Assembly: GCA_028534125.1 (NCBI GenBank)
Contig: CM052816.1
Span: 44,890,001 to 44,954,000, forward strand
Source: Lama glama
Lineage: Eukaryota
Direction: 5' to 3'
DNA length: 64,000 nt
Positions 1 through 14,987 of this stretch are shown here, piece after piece. The stretch's first letter is position 1; the number at the start of each line of letters is the position of its first letter. The notes beneath the pieces were generated by a model, which was not told the DNA's origin, ran no database searches, and worked only from the letters and a program-made list of their open reading frames with translations. Made by a program: the position numbers and the translations under genes.

Positions 1-3000
1 AAAGTTGCCCTTCATTCCAAAGACAAAAAAAACTCAAATATTCTCACATTAATGGATCAGTAGTCAACATTTATTAATCATTTTCCACATTTTTAACAGA
101 TGACAAGTTAAAAAATAATTTTACTAAAGTATATTTGAAAATCAGTATAGAAACCAATAGGATAGTAGTTTTTAAATCCTAGTACTAATCATGGAACTTT
201 TAATTTAGAACAGTTGTTAATATCAATTAATACTATATACCAAAAGTATCAAAGGATAAAGTTGACAGTATTCAGTGTGAAGTAAATTTTATTTATAACC
301 AAACATACTGTTGTCCATAAGTTTTGCTTGTTTTTAGATTAATAATTATCCAAAAATATTGAAAAAGACTACTAGAGAGAACAATTAAATGAAAAATATG
401 ATTTGCCATTTTTTCTCTTGACTTAGTATTACAAATTAGACATGCCATTCACACAACTAGCTAAATCACAATCTTGCTGGGGTTTAGGAAGAGCCATAGG
501 CTTTTAGAGGTAGCACTTTTTTGGTTAACTATAAATTTTTTTAAATTGTCACAGCATTGTTTAAATGTTAGTACCTAGCCTGTTATTTTTACATACAACC
601 TAAAAATCATGATAAATTGGGATATCTCACCAATTTTATTATATGGAGCTAAAATGTTTTTGAATATACATTTCAAAGATTTTCTTTTATCTTCGCTTAC
701 TTTTCAGGTATTGCATTCAAGAGCAAAACATATCTAAACATAATTGTACAGATTAGAATAGGCAAAATTATATAGCATAAACAAACAATACCCAAATATT
801 AGTGGCTTGAAGTAACCATATTTTATTTCTAGCTCACACTACCCAGTCAACAGGTGGAGAAGATAGTCTATTCATTGTCGAAGCCCAGGCACCCAGACTG
901 ATAAAGATTATCTAACACAGATTGCCATGATCACAATGCCAGAGAGAAGATAATGCGACCATCACACACTTCTCACAATCCATTTGCCAAAACTACACTT
1001 TATATACTTAACTTTGAAGAGGCAGAGTAGTGGAAATATTGGGTGATAGGCTCTAATTCTACCACAAAAACTTAACAAGCTTAACTAGTGATAAAAATGC
1101 ATTTTATTGGATAAATAATGTCAGTGAAAAAGCAATGTATATAAAAAATGGGGAAATAGTAAAAATTAAAAGTTCCTCAATATATTTGTGTAATATTGAG
1201 TTATTAACATAAAAATAGGCCCCTTTCAAATGTTGGAGAATTAATGAATGAGTAAATTAATGAATGAGTTTGTTAGTGAGTAAATAATCACAAACCTTTC
1301 TCACTGAGAAAAAGATAATGACATCATGAAGATAATTCTACTATTGTAAGAGAAATTGGCCAGGCAGAAAATTTAATGAAAGATCAAAAATTTTGTATTT
1401 GCTAGCACAATAAATTACTTTTTTGGCATTATGTGGATTAAGCATGGGGAAATAAAATATTTCTTAACTTGCTTTACTTTAAAGATAATTGTCCATCCAA
1501 TTATGGGCAGTTTTCCCCTCAGTACCACCCAAATGTGTTATATGCTTCTTGATTCTGCAGCAAAATTAAAAACTAAAAAGTATAATGTCATATTTAGACA
1601 TGTCCCAGCATTAGAGGACTTTTCAATGGGCACAGGAAACAAGCTATGAACCATCTGATTGTAATATAGAGCAGAATGAGACAAGTACAACACAGATCTG
1701 AACTGGCCCCCAAATAAGAGTATTTGGTCCCAAGAGCATTTTATTTCAGCATTCTTCAAAATAAATTTTCATAGCTCAAGTAATTTCTGCAGCTGAAATA
1801 TTTCTTCTAACTATAGAAGGAAAAATGATCCCAAGTGGTATATTTTAACAAAAATGCATCCTTAACATTCCGTAGGTAAACCTGCAGAAAGTGGTCTCAG
1901 TTTATTAGAAAAAAAATCAGAGATGTTAACATAGCTTTATGATTATGTTCGTCTGTCTTTTTAAAAGTCTACAAGGTACCCTTCACATATACGTGAGTAC
2001 ACATGCAGACACAAACACATATACACAATTAACTTCTTTGATATTTAGTAGTTTATATAAGGACGAATTTCACTAATTTAAATGTGACTCACACTGGTAA
2101 ATACAATAATTTCTCCATTGGCAAATGACCCTCATCAACTGTTCAAATTGTCCTATTCTTTTAGTAATTTCACATTCAGGGTTTTAGCTTTCCTATCTGC
2201 ATTAACTTAAAAAAATGTGAATGTGTTCATTTGTATTTAAGATGTAATGTCATTTAGTCTAAAGAACACATTTGTTAATCACCTCATAACTAACAAGCAA
2301 CCAGTTCACAAAACAGTGTGAATCATCCTTAATCATTTTTAGGAAAAAAACATCAGGTTAAGGGCTGTTTCAAGCATTCAACACTGTGGCTTATTCTTAG
2401 ACCACAGGTGAGACTGTGTGCCCTTCCAGATATCTTGGCAGGGCAGCAGAAATCTCATTCTGTATATTTCATAACGCTCCTTCAGCTCTACAACTCCACG
2501 ATACTCTGCTGAATACTGCAAAGATAAAACTATTCTCTGCCTTAGGCAATCGCAAGCAAGGATTATATAAAAAAGAAAGTAAAGAGAGAATGCTGCAAAC
2601 ATAATGCAATATTTAATATTGGAGGAGGGAGACTAGCTGAACTTTAAGACATATAAAGATATATACGAAACCTTACTTCAGAGACCATGATGAAACTAGT
2701 GGTTTAAATCCATATGCATGTTTGAATCAGGTTAAAACTCAGTAATGAAGCTATTATTGATTCTGTGGAACATGACTTCAAATCTCAGCAAATACTGAAC
2801 AAACTACGAGGAGCTCTTAAACTCTGGACGTATGTACCTAGACATCTCAATTTAACAACCAGACATACATTAAACAGCATTAATAGCCAGGCACTTAATG
2901 GATCAATTCCCACTGTTTGTGTAATGTAGGAATAAAAAAGGCTTATTAAATGACAAGCTTTCCATGGTTTGTGCTAATTAATTATACACCGCATCTGACT

Positions 3001-3644
3001 GCTAATTTAGTGGGGAAATGCAGCCCCAAACCACGGTTTCAGCTTGAACTTTGCCTCGGCATCACCCAGTCCAGCACAGAGTGCTACCGCAGCCCGACTC
3101 TGAACGACACCAGTATTAAATTAGAGCAAAAGGCCATCAATTTAATAAGTGCTGTAGCAGGTAATTTGAATAAGGACGTATTAGTATTCTACCAGTGCAC
3201 AACTAAAAGCAGCTGACCTTTCAGACCAAAGAAGATCCTTGAACACATTCAGCTGAATCGGAGAACACAGTAATAATCTGACAGTGGTAAGAGTGCCAAG
3301 AGAGACGTTTACGATTCTGGACCCATTACTATATATCAGGCTCTCTGTGGTATTATATGAACCGTTTATATACCTCGGCCTCTCATTTTGTTCTCGCTCC
3401 CTGCCATGATAGAAAAGAAATTGAAATAAAGCTTCTAAAAAAGTCATATGTTCAGTGACATGTTTTGAAACCCTTCTTATCATTTGGATTTATGGTACAA
3501 AGAACACATAACTAATCAATGCCCATGAAAATTAGATGTGAGCCTCCACATTAGAAATCATTCATTTCCTAAACTATAAGGCAAATTTAACATTAACAAA
3601 AATAAACTTGCATCCACCAGATGTGAAACCACTGGAAAACACAG

Positions 3645-4150
3645 CACATTATAGCGGATAAAAGCTTGGTCCCAGGAGTGAGACTAGAACTAGGCTGGAA
3701 TCCCTGCTCTGTCATGGGCTCACCATCAAACTTGCAGGAACCGAATTCACTGAATTCAGTTCAACAGACATTTATTGAGTTCCATCGCATACAGTGTTGT
3801 AAGCCCTAAAATTATAAAGATGAAAAAGATTTGACTCCTGTTTTCAGGGAGATCAAAATCTAGCAATGGTGACAGAAACACAGACTATTAATCACAATAC
3901 AGAGTGAGAAGTGCTTTCAAGCAGAGAGAATAGTGATCAATTTTGCCTGGTGGTTTCCAGGAAAGGTTATCAAACACGGTGATAGCTGTGCTGGGCATTG
4001 TGAACATTTCACCAGCAGAGAGGATGGAATGCGATCTAATGGGAAGTATTAATCAAATGGAAATCTACTGTATTGGGAGACAAAGATACACTGGATTAGG
4101 TAATAAATATAGCGGATGTGTTTGGTTGAAGGATGTGTGGAATTGTAATG
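3645..4150. mobile_element. MIR fragment followed by LINE-2 3' fragment
   Basis: MIR-like 'ggctggaatccctgctctgtca' followed by L2-like 'ttcaacagacatttattgag' and downstream motifs; old and diverged. Confidence 0.55.
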
Positions 4151-7109
4151 ACGTGATTCTGTATATTTGAAAATGGTTTCTATGTAAGTAGAAATAGAAC
4201 GTATTAGTGGATTTAAGAACAGGATGTCTTATGCCAGAGTCTTTTCCTTTTGCCCAAAGGATCCTGGTCTTCGGGGATGTGTGGGAGACAGGTGCCTTCT
4301 CTGCCTGTCATTAGAGGTGATGCTAATCTCCTCCTTAAACCGAACATTATTCCAGCCATTAACCCATTCTAACTCTACATCTTCCTGATTCCCTTGCCCA
4401 AAATCTGTTCCCTGGTTCCCCAGACAGCACGAAGGAAGATAAATCCCTCCCTTGGGCAGCAAGGTCAGGATGGGAAGGTGGAAGAATGTGGGAACATGTG
4501 AATAAAATGGCAATGAACACTGAAAAAAAAAAGAACAATACATCTTAGTAAAATTAGGACCCTAGATTTGGAGGAATGTTTACTTTCTTGGCTTCACAAG
4601 AACACACCTGCAGTTCAACCCCACAGAGGGAATTTGCAACTAAGCATAGAGTGCGCTAACACCACACTCTGGTTACAGGGTGCCCCCACCTTGGCTGACA
4701 GCTAAGCCATCCTTTTTCTCTATGACTTAGGTAGCACACTGGTGTAGAAAAGCTAGTATCACAGATCTTGAATCCATTTTACTTCTTTAAAAATTGTAAG
4801 CCCTGACACATCACTTACCATTACTCACAAAATACTTCTTTTGCATTCCACCACCAGCACTGATATCAACACAGTATATCCTGGTGCTGATCTCCTGAGG
4901 ATTTACAGCTACATCTGTTCTAACTAGTTGTTGCCCATGCCTTACAAGTTATTAAATATTTTGAGTTATCACCTATATTTGCCAGTACCAGCACAAAAGA
5001 GATGCTACTCGAACAAGGTAACTGAAGAGACGAATTATTCAGAAAGTTCAGGTGGGAGTAAGAGAAACAATCAAGGGATAGTGCAGTGCCTTGGGGTCAG
5101 TAATTGTGGGACTGCAACAACCCTAAAACCAAAGAGGCAAGGAGAGAAGCCATCAGAGAGACGCAGTCAGTGCTTCAGCAATGTGCCAGGACAAAACTTG
5201 GTGAATCAATACCCTGACCTCACTGATCAGTGTCTCTCATTGGCCAAGCCCAACCAGAAGCTAACGTTTGAGAAAAACGCACTGATGCAGAAGGTTCTGT
5301 GCACCTACAGGGCAGAAAGCAGAGAAGAGAAGGGTGGAGAGTGTCTCTGGAAGGGCAAGGAAAAGTATCTAGCACATTATTCCTGCTAATACTGACTGAA
5401 TTACACCATCATGATGCAACTCAGTAGAGGACTTGTTCCCAAGGCCAAGTCAGTCTTCTATGTGTCTAGGGTCCCATATAACTTATACGCAAGGAGGCCC
5501 ATTTCTCATCTTGCCTTTGCCTACAAACAACCCATTGTCAACAACTTTCTGCAAATCTGAGTTGCCTATTAAAACATTCTGTCCCTCTAGGCTTCTCTCT
5601 TTTAAGTGATAGCTAAAGCTAAAAGTAATTTCATACCAATAGCTGCTGATAAATTCATGTGTGTTCTTTTCACTTAACTTTTGAAAACTGCCTCCTTTGT
5701 GACGCAAAGCTGAACCGTAAGAACTATCAGTAATGAGGGTCTTTTTAAAACCTACAGAACCATGTGGCAGCCTTCTATTGTGGCCAATAAAGTCAAATGA
5801 GAAGCAATGAAGCCTTGGACTAGGAGAGTGGCGTGGAGATAAGATGGAGAGGAGATGACATATTCACAAGATAGGACTTCGTGACAACTGAACTTGGAGG
5901 AAGGGATAGAAGTCAGGAACAGCTGGTTTGAGTGACTGACTTACTGCATAAAAATTCAATTAATCAAGATGAAGAATAAAGGGAAATGTATAGGCTTAAT
6001 AAAATTTGTGAACCTTTCAAATTCTAGATTTTACAACACTTGTTTTTTCCTTGTTCACTAAAATACAACAATAAGAAAACAATTAAGTTTTCAATGATTT
6101 TTCAGTGGTACATTTTAGCAGAATTGAGAGAGTAAGCAAGTGATGTTTGGGCATCCCTTAAAGAAGCTCTACATTTTTTGAGTGGTATAAGACCAAAATG
6201 AATCCACCCCGCAAAAGTGACCTAAAGCCTCTTTACATTCTGAGTAGGAGGTATCATAGCACAAACATCAGTATATCTTAAATAATTGTCATTATCATCC
6301 TTAGTTACAAGTTACAAGGTAAAAAAGGAAAACACTTCACTCAAGCATTAATTTTCAGTAATATGGAAGGAAATAAAAACAAAACAAACACAGTTGAAGT
6401 AGCATAGATAACAAATGTATTCAATGTTACACTGAATTATTTTTAAGCCTATCTTGATAATACTCATATCATCAAGGTACTTAATTATAGGAAATACAAA
6501 CCAACTCTGACTAAGCAGAAAAATGTTATTAAAGTGATGTTGGGTTATAGGATGTGAACAGAGAGCCTGCAGGAGCCTCCAGATGCAACAACAGGGGACC
6601 TGTGGGAAGTGGGAGTGAGAACACATGAGTCCATGAGTCAGTGTTACAACTGGCAGTGAGAAGCAACCCCTAGGGCAACTGTTCCATTCATCCCGACTCT
6701 GCCTCATCCTTGGTGCCAGTATTGGTCTCTGTTAGCAGAAACCTTTAGCATGGGTAGTAAAAAAGAAATGTAGAAACCTGAAAGAGAATATCATCTATAT
6801 CCTAGTAATAACAAATCAGATTATCTATAAAATCATAGATGTTATTATGTCCATCAGTGTGCTGAGGATGCAAAGAAGCTCAATGAATTATAATTCAGAA
6901 AGTGCTGACCCTCCTTGGCTGTTTGTATCTTTGCAGAGAAGTGGGAGTAGGACGAAGCCACTTTAGACACGGGTAAGAAGAAAAGAGCTGAAATTTTAAC
7001 TGATTTTTAAATGCCAATTAAGCGAGTGGGGGCATAGAATTACCAAGAGAACTAAATAAAAAGAGAGTCTGTACCTCTTCCACAAGCCTTCATCAAATGT
7101 TCATGAGGC

Positions 7110-7770
7110 ACTTCTGGGAGTACTTCCAAAGGAAATTAAAACATTAACTCAAAAAGTATCTGCACCCCCATGTTCATAGCATCATTATTTACAATTAGCC
7201 AAGACATGGAAACAACCTAAGTGTCCATCAATGGATGAATGAATAAAGAAGTTATGGTGTGGTGATGAATGAATAAAGAAGTATGGTTAACACACCATAT
7301 ATGGAATATGTATGTGGAATGTTATTCACCTATTTAAAAAATGATGAAATCCTACCATTTGCAACAACATAGATGGACCTTGAAGGTTTTATGCTAGGTA
7401 AAATAAGTCAGGCAGAAAAAGACAAATACTGTATGTTTCCACTTATATGGGAATTTTAAAAAATAAAGCAAACAAATGAATATGACAAAATAGAAACAGA
7501 CTCATAGATGCAGAGAACAAACTAGTGGTTACCAGCAGGCAAGGGGTAGAAGAGGAGCAAGATAGGAGAAGAGGATTAAGAAGTATAAACTACCGGATAT
7601 AAAATACAAAGATAACAAAGATGTAATGTACACCATGGGGAATAAAACCAGTATCTTCTAATAACTTTAAATGGAGCATAATCTATAAAAATATTGAATC
7701 ATCATGTTGTACACCTGTAACTAACATAATATTAAAAATCAACTACACTTCAAGTATAAATAAATAATTT
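7110..7770 (+). mobile_element. L1 3' end (ORF2 tail + 3'UTR)
   Basis: 'cccccatgttcatagcatcattatttacaa...ggaaacaacctaagtgtccatcaatggatgaatg', ending 'aaatcaactacacttcaagtataaataaataa'. Confidence 0.85.
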
Positions 7771-7774
7771 TTAA

Positions 7775-8413
7775 AATGGATGAATGAATAAAGAAGATGT
7801 GTTATGTGTATATATGTGTGTGTGCATGTATGTGTGTGTGTGTGCATATATCTATATCTATGGAATATTAATCAGCTGTAAAAAAATGAGAAAATTCTCT
7901 CATTTGGAACAAGAATGGGACTTGAAGGCATTATGCTAAGTGAAATAAGTCAGACAAAGAAAAACAAATATTGTATGATCTCACTTATCTGTGGAACCTA
8001 AAAAAAAAACAACAAACAAACATAGAAAAAGAGAACAGATTTGTAGTTACCAGAGGAAGAGGATGGGTGAAGGGAATTGGAGGAAGGTAGTCAAAAGGCA
8101 AAGATTTCCAGTTTTAAAATAAGCAAGTAGTAGAGATGTAATGCCCAACATGATTACTATAGTTAACACCGCTGCAAGATCTACAGGAGAACTGTTAAGA
8201 GAGGAAATCCTAAAACTTCTCATCACAAGGAGAATTTTTTTCTTTTTTCTTTTATTCTTTTTTTTTTATTGTGTTATTATATGAGATTATGGATGTTAGC
8301 TGAAGCTACTGTGGTAATCATTTTACAATATGTATAAATCAAACCATCATGCTGTATACCTAAAACTTCTACAGTAATGTATGTCAATTATTTCTCAGTA
8401 AAACTGAAAAAAA
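7775..8413 (+). mobile_element. L1MA-type 3'UTR fragment
   Basis: 'gaaggcattatgctaagtgaaataagtcagac', ending 'gtatgtcaattatttctcagtaaaactgaaaaaaaa'. Confidence 0.8.
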
Positions 8414-10489
8414 AGTTCATCAGAAATATTGGGGGAAGTGCAAAAGAGATGAGGGAGACCTCCTCATCCTGAGGCATGGGTGTGGGCCTGCATAAGGCTT
8501 GTGGGAGGGCAGAGGAGAACCAGAGGAAAAAATTCCCTCTGGGCACTGCATTCACCAATACTGGGAATTTGAAAAGGAGGTATTACAGAACTCAGTGACA
8601 TTAAAAGATTAATAATGAGATATCATGAACAACCTTATGCAAATAAATGTGATAACTTAGATTAAATAAACAAATTCTCTGAAAAAAAATTACATAAACT
8701 GAAAAACCAAATAGAAAACGTGAATAGTACCATATCCATTAAGGAAAATGAATTCATAATTCAACAATATCCTACAGGACTTCCATTCCTAACCATGATA
8801 GAATAACAGGGCCCAACCCCCACCTCATCACCAGAGGAGTAGACAGAAATATTCTTGCAGACTGCACAGGAACGGAAATGTTTGTGCTGCCATCAGAGTG
8901 CAAAGATTAATAAATCATGGTATAACAAATCAGAATCCTCAGAGGGATAGCTCTAGAAGTGGAACTAAATTAGCCCTAGACACAAGGATGCTCTGGACCC
9001 TCACTAACAAAGCCTTAAAGCAAGCCCCAAAAGGATGAAAAAACTAATCCCTCCAAAATTAACTGCATTACTTTTTGTTTTAAAAGTGAGTATTATAAGG
9101 AATGTAACAAAATTCTACAGCCTACAACAACGACAACAAATTTCCAATGTCAGGAGAAAAATCAATGGAAACAGATGCATAAATTACATAGATAAAAGAA
9201 TAAGCAAACAAGTATCTTAAAACAGTTATTTTAAATATCCTCAACTTGTTCAGGAATGTAGAAAAAAACATGAGCACAATGAGGAGAGAAATAAAAGATT
9301 TATCAGAACTAAACAAAAACACAAAAGAAACAAACAAAAATATACAGAACTCCTAGAGATGAAAATCACAATGTCTGAAATTTAAAAAAAAACATACAAA
9401 TGGTATTAACAGATTATACACTACAGGAGAAAAGATCTGTGAACTTGGAAGACATAGCAAGAAAAACTATCACATATGAAATACTCAAAGGAAAAAGATA
9501 GAAAAGAAATGCACAGAGATCGATGACTTGTAGGAAAATAGCTAGTGGTCTAAGAAACCTGTAATTGCAGTTTCACAAAGGCAGGGGAGAAAAGAAAGAG
9601 AAATACAAAGGAAGAGTAGCCACACATTTTCAAAACTTGATAAAAATTATAAAAGCAGGTCCAAATATCAATATACCCTAAAATAATAAACATAAAGAAA
9701 TATGTAACAGTGCACTTCATAAGTGAATTGCTGAAAACCTGTGGTAACAAAAGATGACCTTAACAGCAAGGGGGGGAGGGGTAGAATGTTATATACTGAG
9801 GAACAAATAAGGAATAAGAATTAAAATACATTTCTCATTAGAAACTATTCAAGCCAGAAGAAAAGAGAGTAACATCTTTAAAATACTGAAAGAAAACTGT
9901 AAAGCTAGAATCCCATACCCAGTGATACTATCTTTCAAAAATAAAGGTGAAATAAAGACTTTTCCAAACAAACAAAACTTGAAAATTGATTACATTAGAC
10001 CTACACTACAAGAATTCTTAAATGAAGTCCTTCAGAAAGAAGAAAAATGATATCAGATGAAAATTTGGAAACACAGAGGAATAAAGAGAACCAGAAATGG
10101 TAAATATGTGGGCAGATATAAAAGCTATTTTTCTTGGTTTTTATTTAATCTCTTTTAAAAGTAATTTACTCTTAGAAAACAACATATTGTAGGATTTATA
10201 AAATATGTTGAAATAACATATATGAAAATAGTTACACAAAAGGTAGGAAAACAAAAGCATCCTGTTACAAGATTCTTTCACTATACAAAAGCTATAATAT
10301 TATTTGAATATACACTGTGTTCTGTTAAAGATTTATATTATAAATCCTAGAGCAACCACTAAGATGGAAACAAAACAGAGAAGTGAAGCTTATAATCCAA
10401 TAGCATAGATAAAATGAAATATTTTTTAGATTTTAAATTAACTCAAAGAAGGTAGAAAAAAACATGGAACAAAGAATACATAAATTAAA

Positions 10490-11915
10490 ATTATGCCCTT
10501 CACAAAAACCAATTCAAAATGAATTTTAGACCTAAATGCAAAACATAAAACTACTGGAGGACAACAGTAGAAAATCTAATGACCTTGGGCATGGCAATGA
10601 CTTTAGATACAACACTAGAAGTGTAACTCATGAAACAAATAAGCTTGACTTTATTAAATTTAAAAACTTCTGCTCTGAAAAAGACACTGTTGAGAGAAAA
10701 AGATGACAACCACAAACTGGGAGAAAAATAGTCACAGAAGATATATCTGATATATCTACCCAAAATAAGAGAGTTCTTTAAAATTCAACAATAAGAAAAC
10801 AAACAAAAAATGGGCACAAGACCTGAACAGACACTTCACCAAGGAAGCTACACAGATGGCAAATAAGCATATGAAAAGATGTTCTATATGTATGTTCATG
10901 TATAACTGAAAAATTGTGCTCTACACTGGAATTTGACACAACATTGTAAAATGACTATAACTCAATAAAAAAATGTAAAAAAAAAGATGTTCTACATCAT
11001 ATGTCATCAGAGAAATACAAATTAAAACAATAATGAGATACCAGTGCACACCTATTAGAATGGCCCAAATCATAACACCAACATCAATAAATGCTGACAA
11101 GGATGTGGAACAACAAGAACTCTCATTCATGGGAATGGAAAATGGTACAGCCACTACTGAAGACAGTTTGCTGGATTCTTACAAAACTAAATATACTCTT
11201 ACCATATGACCCAACAATCATGCTTCTTGGCATTTACCCAAAGGAGCTGAAAACTTACATCCACACAACCTGCACACAAATGTTTGCTTTATTCATAACT
11301 GCCAAAACTTGGAAGCAACCAAGATGTCTTTCAGTAGGTGAACAGATAAACTGTGCTGCATCCAGACAATTGAATCTTATTCAGAACCAAAAAGAAATCA
11401 GCCATCAAGTCATAAAATGACTTGGAGAGACTTAAACACATTTTACTAGGTGAAAGAAGCCTATCTGAAAAGGCTATATACTGTATGATTCCAACCAGAC
11501 AACGTTGTAGAAAAGGCAAAACTATGGAGATGGTGAGGAGATCAAAGTGGTTACCAAGGGTTGGGAGGGAGGGAGGTATGAGTGGGCAGACAAAAAAAGA
11601 TTATTGGGGCAGTGAAGCTATTCTATATAATACTGTAATGGTGAATACATGTCATTGTATATTTGTCAAAACCCATTGAATGTATAGCACCAGAAGTGAC
11701 CCCTAGTATAAACAAACTATAGACTTTGGGTGATAATAATATGTCAATATAGGTACCTCAATTGTAATAAATCCAACACTCTGGTGTGGGATGTTGATAG
11801 TCAGGAAGACTGGGTTGGGGGTGTGGGGGCTATGTGGGAACTCTCTCTGAAGTTCTTCTCAACTTTGCTATGAACCTAAAGCTACTCTAAAAAAATTAAA
11901 GTCTACTTTAAAAAT
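10490..11915 (+). mobile_element. L1MC-type 3' portion
   Basis: ORF2 C-terminal remnants (ORF 11091-11420 'LPYDPTIMLLGIYPKELKT') and L1MC-like 3'UTR 'actatagactttgggtgataataatatgtcaat'. Confidence 0.8.
10887..10981 (+). mobile_element. 95-bp young L1 3' tail insertion
   Basis: L1 3'UTR end plus poly(A), flanked by TSD aaaagatgttcta (10874-10886 / 10982-10994). Confidence 0.9.
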
Positions 11916-12191
11916 TGCAGGATAATAGATTCAAATCTAATCATATAGACAATTCTATTAACTTCCAATAGTCTAAAAGCTTAAATTAAAAGGCAAAGTT
12001 GTCAAATTATATTTAAAAAGAAGCAAAACTCAACTATATACTACATATAAGAAATCCACTTTAAATATAATGACACAGATAGGATAAAGGGATGGGCTAT
12101 AAATCATAAGGAAGCTAGAAAGGCTATGTTAATGTCAGATAAAGTAGTTTTCAGAACAAGGAATATTACCAGATATTAAAAAAGAATATTT

Positions 12192-12584
12192 CATGAAAAA
12201 ATGCTCAATATCACTAATTATCAGAGAAATGCAAATCAAAACTACAATAAGGTAACACCTCACACCAGTCAGAATGGCCATTATTAAAAAGTCCAAAAAC
12301 AATAAATTCTGGAAAGGCTGTGGATAAAAGGGAACCCTCCAATACTGTTGGTGGAAATGTAGTTTGGTGCAGCCAGTATGAATAACAGTATGGAGATTCC
12401 TCAAAAAACTAAAAATAGACTTGTCATATAATCCAGCAATCCCCCTATTGAACATATATCCTGAGCAAACTTTAATCCAAAAAGATACATCTACCCCAAT
12501 GTCCATAGCAGCACTTTTTACAATAGCCAAGACGTGAAAACAACCTAAATATAAACAGATGAATGGATAAAGAAGTTGTGGTGT

Positions 12585-12622
<38 letters not shown>

Positions 12623-13095
12623 TGGAATACTACTCAGCCATAAAAAATGGTGAAATATTGCCAGCTGCAGCAACATAGATGGACCTGGAGATTGTCATAC
12701 TAAGTGAAATAAGCCAGAAAGAGAAATAAAATACCATATGATATCACTTATATATGGGATCCAAAAAAATGACAAAAACAAACTCATTTACAAAACAAAC
12801 AGACTTACAGACATAGAAAATAAACTTGCAGTTACTAGGAGGGAAGGAGAGGTGGAGGGATAATTTGTGATTTAAGGATCTGCATGTACTACTATATATA
12901 AAATACATAAACAGCAAGGTCCTACTATATAGCACAGGGAACTATATTTAATACTTTGTAATAGCTTATAATGAAAAAGAATATGAAAAGGAACATGTAT
13001 ATAGGTATATATGTAGCACAAAACCACTATGCTGTACACCAGAAACTAACACAACATTATAAACCGACTACACTTCAATTTAAAAAAAAAAGAAA
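12192..13095 (+). mobile_element. 5'-truncated L1 3' end with internal (CA)n
   Basis: ORF2 C-terminal and 3'UTR motifs, poly(A) at ~13082, degenerate TSD aagaatatttcat / aagactatttcgt. Confidence 0.85.
12587..12620. repeat. (AC)n microsatellite
   Basis: perfect AC run. Confidence 0.95.
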
Positions 13096-14082
13096 GAAGA
13101 CTATTTCGTAATGACAAAAAGGTTAAATCACCAACAGGACAAGATAATCCTAAATGTGTATGTACCTAAAAATAGAGCTGCAAAATATACAAAGCAAAAA
13201 CTGATAAATCTGAAAGAAAAAATTTAAAATCTCTAATTTAGTTGGAAATTTCAATATTCTTCTCTCAGTAATAAACAAGTAGACAGAAAAATCAGTAAGG
13301 GTATAATCTACTTGACCTAATTGACGCTTCTTAAACTCCACCTCAAGACAGCAGAAAACATGTTACTTTCAAGTGCATATAGAACATTCAATAAGATCCA
13401 CCATACTCTTGGCCATAAAAGAAATCTCAAAAATTTTCAAGGAAATCTTACAAGTACATTTTCTGAGATGGCAGGTAGAACAACAGACCCCCAAAGATGT
13501 TCATATCCTAATCCCTAGAGCCTATAAATTTATTAAGTTTCATGGAAAATAGGAAATAAGGTTGCAAATGGAATTTAAATTGCTAATTGACATTGGATTT
13601 TCCAGGTGGACCCAGTATTGTCCACAAAGTCCTTAAAAGTGGGCGAATCAGAAAGAAAGCAACAGAAGTACCCTGCTTAACATTGCTGACTCTGAGGATG
13701 GAGGAAGAGACTCATGAGCTAATAATTATGGACAGTCTCTAAAACCTGGAAAGAGCAAGGAAATGAATTCTCCCCTAGAGGCTCCAGAAAGAAATGTAGT
13801 TCTGGTGCCATTTTCACTTTAGCCCCGTAAGATTCACTTCAGAATCCCGACCTACTACACTGAAAGATAATGGCTTAAAACTGGGATATCCCAAAATAAA
13901 TTAGAATTACTTAAAGAGTAAATACAAAACTTATGCATGCACCTACAATATCTGTACAACATTAGAACATAACCTGAATATAATATCCAGCTACAGATAC
14001 AATTTATATCTTAAAATTTAAGATGCATCTAAATCACAAAAAAGTTAAATCTTAATTTCTTGGAATGTACAATTGGATTCTT

Positions 14083-14128
14083 TTTTTAACATTTTTTATT
14101 GATTTATAATCATTTTACAATGTTGTGT
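14083..14128 (-). mobile_element. 46-bp L1 3' tail micro-insertion
   Basis: Reverse complement of 'acacaacattgtaaaatgattataaatcaataaaaaatgttaaaaa', with TSD caattggattctt (14070-14082 / 14129-14141). Absent from the paralogous sequence at ~59040. Confidence 0.9.
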
Positions 14129-14987
14129 CAATTGGATTCTTGACATCTTTTAAAATCCTATGGGTTTCACTAAAAAGTCCACACAAAAACTACTAGAAAT
14201 ATTGAAGAATTCAGCAAGGTAGCAGGTTACAAGATTAACGTTCAAAAATCAGTTGCGTTTCTTTACACTAACGATGAATCAACAGAAAAAGAAAGTAAAG
14301 AAACAATTCCCTTTAAAATAGCACCCAAAGTAATAAAATATCTGGGAATAAATCTAACCAAGGAGGTGAAAGAATTATACACAGAAAACTATAAACCATT
14401 GATGAAGGAAATTAAAGAAGACTTGAAAAAATGGAAAGATACCCCATGCTCTTGGATTGGAAGAATCAATATTGTTAAAATGGTCACACAGCCCAACGCA
14501 ATCTACAGATTTAATGCAATCCCTATCAAATTACCCAGGACATATTTCACAGAACTAGAACAAATCATAATAAAATTTATATGGAACCATCAAAGACCTA
14601 GAATTGCCAAAGCATTACTGAAGAGAAACAAAGAGGCTAGAGGAGTAACTCTCCCAGACTTCAGACAATACTATAGAGCTACAGACATCAAGACAGCATG
14701 GTATTGGTATAAAAGCAGACATATAGACCAATGGAACAGAATACAGAGCCCGGAAATGAACCCACAAACTTTTGGTCAACTCATCTTTGACAAAGGAGGC
14801 AAGAATATACAATGGAATAAAGACAGTCTCTTCAGCAAATGGTGTTGGGAAAACTGGACAGCAGCATGTAAAACAATGAAGCTAGAACACACCCTTACAC
14901 CATATACAAAAATCAACTCAAAATGGATTAAAGACTTAAACATAAGACAAGATACAATAAACCTCCTAGAGGAAAACATAGGCAAAA

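Noticed and set aside
2378..2516. Possible minus-strand terminal exon after 'ttttatctttgcag' (YSAEYRGVVELKERY... or IQQSIVEL*)
   Set aside because: The acceptor is plausible, but the peptide is not recognisable and no partner exons were found.
4928..5389. 153-aa ORF
   Set aside because: TTG start, apparently within LTR-like repeat sequence, no recognisable domain.
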